64,000 nt of DNA. Origin: a virus. Of the stretch, positions 59,709-64,000 are shown piece after piece. The translations under genes were made by a program, and so were the position numbers. The notes beneath the pieces were generated by a model. The model searched no databases and was not told the origin of the DNA. It saw only the letters and a program-made list of their open reading frames with translations. Within the stretch, counting starts at the first letter, position 1; every line of letters begins with the position of its first letter. The stretch covers positions 1-64,000 of the IMG/VR virus record IMGVR_UViG_3300008339_000021; one strand, written 5' to 3'.

Positions 59709-60728
59709 TTATACTACTCTTATCTTATTATAGTTTCTATAGTATACATTGTTAGGTGAGTAGCTTTTGAACATGTCATAATACTTACCGTACATTGCTT
59801 TTCTATTAGCCATCCATAATTTTTCCATCTCTTTAAAGTTAGGAGTGTTAACTAAACTAAGTGCTTGATTTCTTGCTGCTTTTAATTTAGCTGATACTAA
59901 CTGAAGTTTTGTTACCACATCTTCACCATTCATGAATAAGTTTTCTAGAATTCTTTCTTTTACTGCATACTCATAGTATTCATTAAGAAGTTCATGATCA
60001 GGAACAAGAAGATTCCCGTCATCATCTTCAAGGTGTGCTTGATAATTAAGATATACTTTACCTTCTTTAAATGTGGTATTTAAGAATCCATATTTTATCC
60101 AACCTTCATTTGCTGTATTGTAATATAAGTTTGGACAGTCACATTCAATTTCTTGACTAGGTTTCATTCTTAAAGGTTGAGTATAACTAAATACTCTAAC
60201 CTCACCTGGCTTTACTACTTGTACAAGTTCATAAGCTTCATTCTTGCAATTAACAAATACTCTTGGTTGAACTACTCTTGGAGGAGTACAAGTATCTCCA
60301 TATGGAGCTTCAGGATTATGTGTTACACATACACCTTCTTTACCTTCAAAACAACATGGTTGATCTACTGGAGCCTCACAACAATTAAGAATTGTTTTTG
60401 CAGGAAACTCACGGTATGGTATTTCTTCAATGTGAGTACCACCTACACCCATAGAATATCCTGTCTGATACACATAATTTCCACAGACTAATCCAAAATT
60501 GAATGTATAAAAATTATCAGGTAACTTTACTTTATGATGTGTAACATCTAGAATTATCTCCTTCTGTTGGTTTATTCTTAAACCAAGATCATAATTAATT
60601 TTCCTAACCAACTTGATTAGTTGTTGAGGTTCAATCATGTTCTCTAATGCAAAAGTATGTAAGTCAATACTTACATCTTCTAGAAGCTGATCAAAAGTTC
60701 TATATTTAAGAGTGTAGTTAAAGTCCAT
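59709..60728 (-). CDS. Tail ring / tubular protein (crAss-type) with a Cys-rich insertion
   Basis: KVKLPDNF and FKEGKVYLNY...DDDGNLLVPD...YYEYAVK pattern typical of crAss-like ring proteins, plus synteny with the muzzle gene. Confidence 0.65.
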   Translation of the reverse strand: MDFNYTLKYRTFDQLLEDVSIDLHTFALENMIEPQQLIKLVRKINYDLGLRINQQKEIILDVTHHKVKLPDNFYTFNFGLVCGNYVYQTGYSMGVGGTHIEEIPYREFPAKTILNCCEAPVDQPCCFEGKEGVCVTHNPEAPYGDTCTPPRVVQPRVFVNCKNEAYELVQVVKPGEVRVFSYTQPLRMKPSQEIECDCPNLYYNTANEGWIKYGFLNTTFKEGKVYLNYQAHLEDDDGNLLVPDHELLNEYYEYAVKERILENLFMNGEDVVTKLQLVSAKLKAARNQALSLVNTPNFKEMEKLWMANRKAMYGKYYDMFKSYSPNNVYYRNYNKIRVV

Positions 60729-61390
60729 TATCTTAGTATATTTTGACTGTCATCTGTTGGATCTACAGGGATCTGAGCAATCAGGGTTAATTCTTTTAAT
60801 GCAAACTGTTCAACTTCAGAAAATAAATATTCAGGAATATTAAGTGGCTGATCTTGTATTAACTGACATGCATCAGAGTCACATGTTGGAACATCATTTT
60901 CAAATATGGCTTCTATTCTCATAGCATCCCAATCAACATTAGGAACATATATATAACCATTAAGATACCAAAAGTAAGGTCTCTTATTATATTTAAAAGT
61001 TGTAGATTTAGTTATAGAAACCCAAGTACCAGGATCTGTTCTAAACATTTCAATGCCTCCGTCTATTGATGAAGCTGTTCTAATTAGTGGTCCAAACATA
61101 CCATCTAAAATACTTGGTAGTTTTTCTTTTGATCTTTTAAAGTAACACCCAGAATATACACCAATACAACCTGCCTCTACTTTATCTACATCTATCAATT
61201 CAATGTAAGGTAATACTTTGAAGATTGAACTAATCTTCATTAGTCTAAACTGATTGTCTTCTCTTTTAATTAGAGTTTTTGCATACTTAGTAAGTACAAA
61301 GTATATTTGACGGTCAGTAAGAAATGGATCTTCTTTTACAGCTTTTAGTGCATTTCTCACTCTAGATATTGCTTCTCCAATTGTTGTCAT
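60728..61390 (-). CDS. Tail ring protein (crAss-type)
   Basis: LTDRQI, C-x6-C...RSKEKLP and YFWYLNGYIYV...IFEN patterns. Translationally coupled to both neighbours. Confidence 0.6.
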   Translation of the reverse strand: MTTIGEAISRVRNALKAVKEDPFLTDRQIYFVLTKYAKTLIKREDNQFRLMKISSIFKVLPYIELIDVDKVEAGCIGVYSGCYFKRSKEKLPSILDGMFGPLIRTASSIDGGIEMFRTDPGTWVSITKSTTFKYNKRPYFWYLNGYIYVPNVDWDAMRIEAIFENDVPTCDSDACQLIQDQPLNIPEYLFSEVEQFALKELTLIAQIPVDPTDDSQNILR

Positions 61391-61968
61391 AAGTCAAACT
61401 CATTATAGCTTTTTAAAGCTTTATTTTCTTTCATAAGGACAATATTTTTAACTACTGTCTTCTGATATATTTTTCTAAGTTTAGTAGTTGCATCAACTAC
61501 AACATACATATTCCAGTTTTCTGGATAATTTTTAGAAACAGCTCTTTTAAAATCTCTACATGCAACAAAACTCCAATACTCTCTATTCTTCATTTTATGC
61601 TTTGGTGCATGACTTGTAAAAAAGATTTTAGCTAATTTACCATCTGTGTCAAAGTTTCTATTTGTAACTGTTACACCATACTTGTTTGATTTAGCATAGT
61701 CTACATTTGCCTTTTTACTTTTCTGGCAAGTACCTATAAATAACCAACCAATTGTTTCTGGTAATTGTACACCATCTCTTTTTTCAATTACAGTATTATA
61801 AACTAACTTGTTAAATGATTTGATTATCTTTCTTAACTTGTCATTTGTATAGTCTTTATACTTACTGTGCTTTTTTCTAAAATCATCAAAGAACTTCTTA
61901 TCTAATATGTTGTGCACTTCTGGTCTAAACCGTGGTGCTTTTAAATCTGGTTTTTTAAATTCCTTCAT
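61387..61968 (-). CDS. IHF/HU-like DNA-binding protein (crAss-type)
   Basis: Basic 193-aa protein. KIIKSFNKLVYNTVIEKRDGVQLPETIGWLFI resembles the HU helix plus VxLxxxGxF strand, and FVACRDFKRAV resembles the FxpsxxLKxxv end. Position before the ring genes matches crAss-like phages. Confidence 0.65.
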   Translation of the reverse strand: MKEFKKPDLKAPRFRPEVHNILDKKFFDDFRKKHSKYKDYTNDKLRKIIKSFNKLVYNTVIEKRDGVQLPETIGWLFIGTCQKSKKANVDYAKSNKYGVTVTNRNFDTDGKLAKIFFTSHAPKHKMKNREYWSFVACRDFKRAVSKNYPENWNMYVVVDATTKLRKIYQKTVVKNIVLMKENKALKSYNEFDL

Positions 61969-61970
61969 AT

Positions 61971-61981
61971 TAATATACTAA
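61971..61981 (-). promoter_or_regulatory. Putative late-promoter motif TTAGTATATTA, copy 2
   Basis: It ends 2 nt before the ATG of the IHF-like gene and lies downstream of a terminator, so re-initiation is expected here. Confidence 0.45.
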
Positions 61982-62010
61982 AAATTAATGACATTAACAA
62001 ATATAGGTAT

Positions 62011-62037
62011 AAAACAAAACCCCCACAAGTGTGGGGG
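62011..62037 (-). terminator. Rho-independent terminator for the 434-aa gene
   Basis: Stem CCCCCAC-AAGT-GTGGGGG with AAAACAAAA on its left, which reads as a U-tract on the - strand. Confidence 0.75.
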
Positions 62038-62079
62038 CTTTGCTTGTTTGTCACAGAAACCAACAAACCTGTAACAATT

Positions 62080-63384
62080 TTATCCCATTACAGTGATAGT
62101 AGCTGGAGCCCAGTCACCACCTGTTATGTTAGTAATTTCAATTGTATTGTTATTTACAATTCTATATGTATAATCTGTACCATGAACATATGCTGGTAAA
62201 GTTGGTAAACTTCCATCATACTCTAAAACTGATACTAACAAACTTGGTGTATTTAAGTTGTGAGTAACAGTAACAGATGCTCCAGAAAGAACAGCTGAAC
62301 TTTGTACCCATTTGTTAAAAGTTATTCCAACAGTAACTGCAGTAGCAGAACCTGTTAATGTAATACCTTCACCAATACTATTTGTACTTGCTGTTAGACC
62401 TTTAGTTGCAAGTGTTGGACCAGTACCATCATTTACTAATGTTTCAGTTCCTCCAGCAGATGCTAATGTAACTGTAGCAGGAATTGCAGTATTTGTAATA
62501 GTGATATCAGTTCCACTAGCAGTTAAAGAAATCCCTGCACCTGCAGTTAATCCTTTAGTTGCTAAAGCAGGTCCTGTACCATCATTAACTAGAGTTTCAG
62601 TACCACCTGCTGATGCCAATGTTACAGCAGAACCCGGATCAGAGTTAGTAATTCTAATTGCATCTGTACTAGGTACAGTACTTGCATTAAGAACAATACC
62701 TGTTCCAGCTACAAAGTTTAATGTATCACCAGGAGCTTCAGCAATTTGAATATTTGTAGGATCATTATCAGGTCCCCAAGTAAATCCTGTATCAGGATTA
62801 ATAGTAGCTCTATCATAATCATTTGGTGGAACTACAGTTCCTGGTACAACTGATGCACCAGTTACGTGACCAAATGTATCAAATGTAAAGAAGATATCTT
62901 GGATAAATGTATTACCAGAATTATCACTAGTTAAGTTACTTACAGTTGATGTATCTTGATGTGATATAGTAACTGCATTTGTAACAGGGTTTACAGAAAC
63001 ATCAATACCAGGACCTTCAAAAATTGATGATGCAATAGTTTGGGCAATGATTAAATCAAAGTAAGCTTGTAATGCTGGTACATCTACATAGACAGTATAA
63101 GTAGTTATGTTACCTACTGTGTTAGATACTACATCAATATATTCTGATCCTACTACTGTTGAAATTGGAGCTTCAACACTACATAGGTAATTAACAAGTT
63201 TAGTAATAACTGTATCAAGATAATCATATCTTCTGATTACTACATCTTGATTACACATAATATCTGTTCCTGTATATACAATACATTGTGCATTGAATAC
63301 TTCAGGACAAGATGGTGGACATGGTGCAGTTACAGTATAGGTATTGCTGCATCCACAATTTTTGGTACAGGTGTGATTTGCCAT
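62080..63384 (-). CDS. Tail fibre / decoration-like structural protein with an internal repeat
   Basis: T/G/V-rich beta-type sequence with repeated AGxGIxL strands, a Cys-rich N-terminus and a C-terminal VTHNLNT module. Confidence 0.6.
   Translation of the reverse strand: MANHTCTKNCGCSNTYTVTAPCPPSCPEVFNAQCIVYTGTDIMCNQDVVIRRYDYLDTVITKLVNYLCSVEAPISTVVGSEYIDVVSNTVGNITTYTVYVDVPALQAYFDLIIAQTIASSIFEGPGIDVSVNPVTNAVTISHQDTSTVSNLTSDNSGNTFIQDIFFTFDTFGHVTGASVVPGTVVPPNDYDRATINPDTGFTWGPDNDPTNIQIAEAPGDTLNFVAGTGIVLNASTVPSTDAIRITNSDPGSAVTLASAGGTETLVNDGTGPALATKGLTAGAGISLTASGTDITITNTAIPATVTLASAGGTETLVNDGTGPTLATKGLTASTNSIGEGITLTGSATAVTVGITFNKWVQSSAVLSGASVTVTHNLNTPSLLVSVLEYDGSLPTLPAYVHGTDYTYRIVNNNTIEITNITGGDWAPATITVMG
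62390..62630 (-). repeat. Two copies of a ~28-aa coding repeat
   Basis: VTLASAGGTETLVNDGTGP(A/T)LATKGLTA occurs twice, with synonymous divergence at the DNA level. Confidence 0.85.
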
Positions 63385-63429
63385 TTTTTTTATTTTAATT
63401 AAACATATATATACTTTTTCTTTTTATAC

Positions 63430-63999
63430 CTAACAGCTTATAAAAGTTGGTGTATTACCTGAACAATCCTGCACAAATGCTTTAAGATCAGATAAATTAA
63501 TTTGTAGACCTCCTAATTGTTCTGCTCTTGACATATCTTGATCAAATGCAAATGTCAGAGATGAACCAACTAAATTAGGTTGATAAGAACCTGCTGCTGA
63601 TGCATTAAATTGACTTGGTGCTGTACCAAAATATTCTGGTATATTTTCTCCTGCTACAGCTACTGTACAAAGTTGTCTTGTCAAAGATGTTTTACCTACT
63701 ACATTAGGTGATCTATACCAATCATTAAAGTTGGCACTAGTAATAGTTAATTGTCCTATATCACTTATTGATAAACCAATAACAGATGTCATTGAATAAT
63801 CATCATCCTCATCTCCACCAGTTCTTGCAACTCTTTCACAAATAATTCTACCTGTTACTGAAGCACCACCATCTATAGTTTCACCTACACCCAAAATACC
63901 TGGAGGTATAACACTATTTCCTCTATGGAAGCGAAGTCTTAAAGCTTCTTCTGGAGGAGTACTAACACCCCATGCTGCATAAAAGGGGCCACTCAATAA
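63430..63999 (-). CDS. Hypothetical (probably structural) protein, 5'-truncated
   Basis: The frame stays open to the window edge, and the TAG stop is at 63430. Confidence 0.65.
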   Translation of the reverse strand, partial: LLSGPFYAAWGVSTPPEEALRLRFHRGNSVIPPGILGVGETIDGGASVTGRIICERVARTGGDEDDDYSMTSVIGLSISDIGQLTITSANFNDWYRSPNVVGKTSLTRQLCTVAVAGENIPEYFGTAPSQFNASAAGSYQPNLVGSSLTFAFDQDMSRAEQLGGLQINLSDLKAFVQDCSGNTPTFISC

Positions 64000-64000
64000 A

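Noticed and set aside
9579-62749. Numerous 60-145 aa ORFs antisense to or nested in the giant genes
   Set aside because: They are shadow frames with S/L/F/I-biased composition expected from the reverse of the coding strand. They show no motifs or expression signals.
1-64000. Stop-codon reassignment, as known in some crAss-like phages
   Set aside because: Multi-kilobase ORFs are intact in the standard code, and TAA, TAG (27493, 63430) and TGA (37776, 8595) all end genes at tight junctions.
1-64000. tRNA, rRNA or other structured ncRNA genes
   Set aside because: Intergenic gaps are about 110 nt or less and are explained by terminators or promoters. No cloverleaf or T-loop signature was seen by eye, and no covariance search was run.

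Overview
This AT-rich, densely coding 64-kb window comes from a crAss-like (Crassvirales-type) podophage genome. It reads in the standard code, and the host is probably a member of the Bacteroidota, since it carries a near-perfect TTTG-N21-TAnnTTTG promoter and A-rich leaders without a Shine-Dalgarno sequence. Bases 1-8870 (+ strand) are a replication block: VWA/metallopeptidase, MoxR-like AAA ATPase, PD-(D/E)XK nuclease, family B DNA polymerase ending in the clamp-binding motif QLSLF, and a DUF932-like protein. Bases 8904-64000 (- strand) are the late block: tail fibre-like, IHF-like, ring and muzzle genes, then eight large predicted cargo/ejection proteins including the 3605-aa virion RNA polymerase (DFDID). 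The most striking content is the set of enzyme modules embedded in the cargo proteins. These are two Pol-beta/AbiEii-like nucleotidyltransferases, three tandem ADP-ribosyltransferase-like domains, three HExxH metallopeptidases, a RecB-like nuclease, a SLOG (cpYpsA-like) domain, and peptidoglycan modules (LysM, CW_7, NlpC/P60). Several cargo proteins also share recurrent xxGG motifs and a common C-terminal tag, which may form a processing or packaging code. All domain calls are by-eye motif recognition, not database searches, and domain boundaries are approximate.
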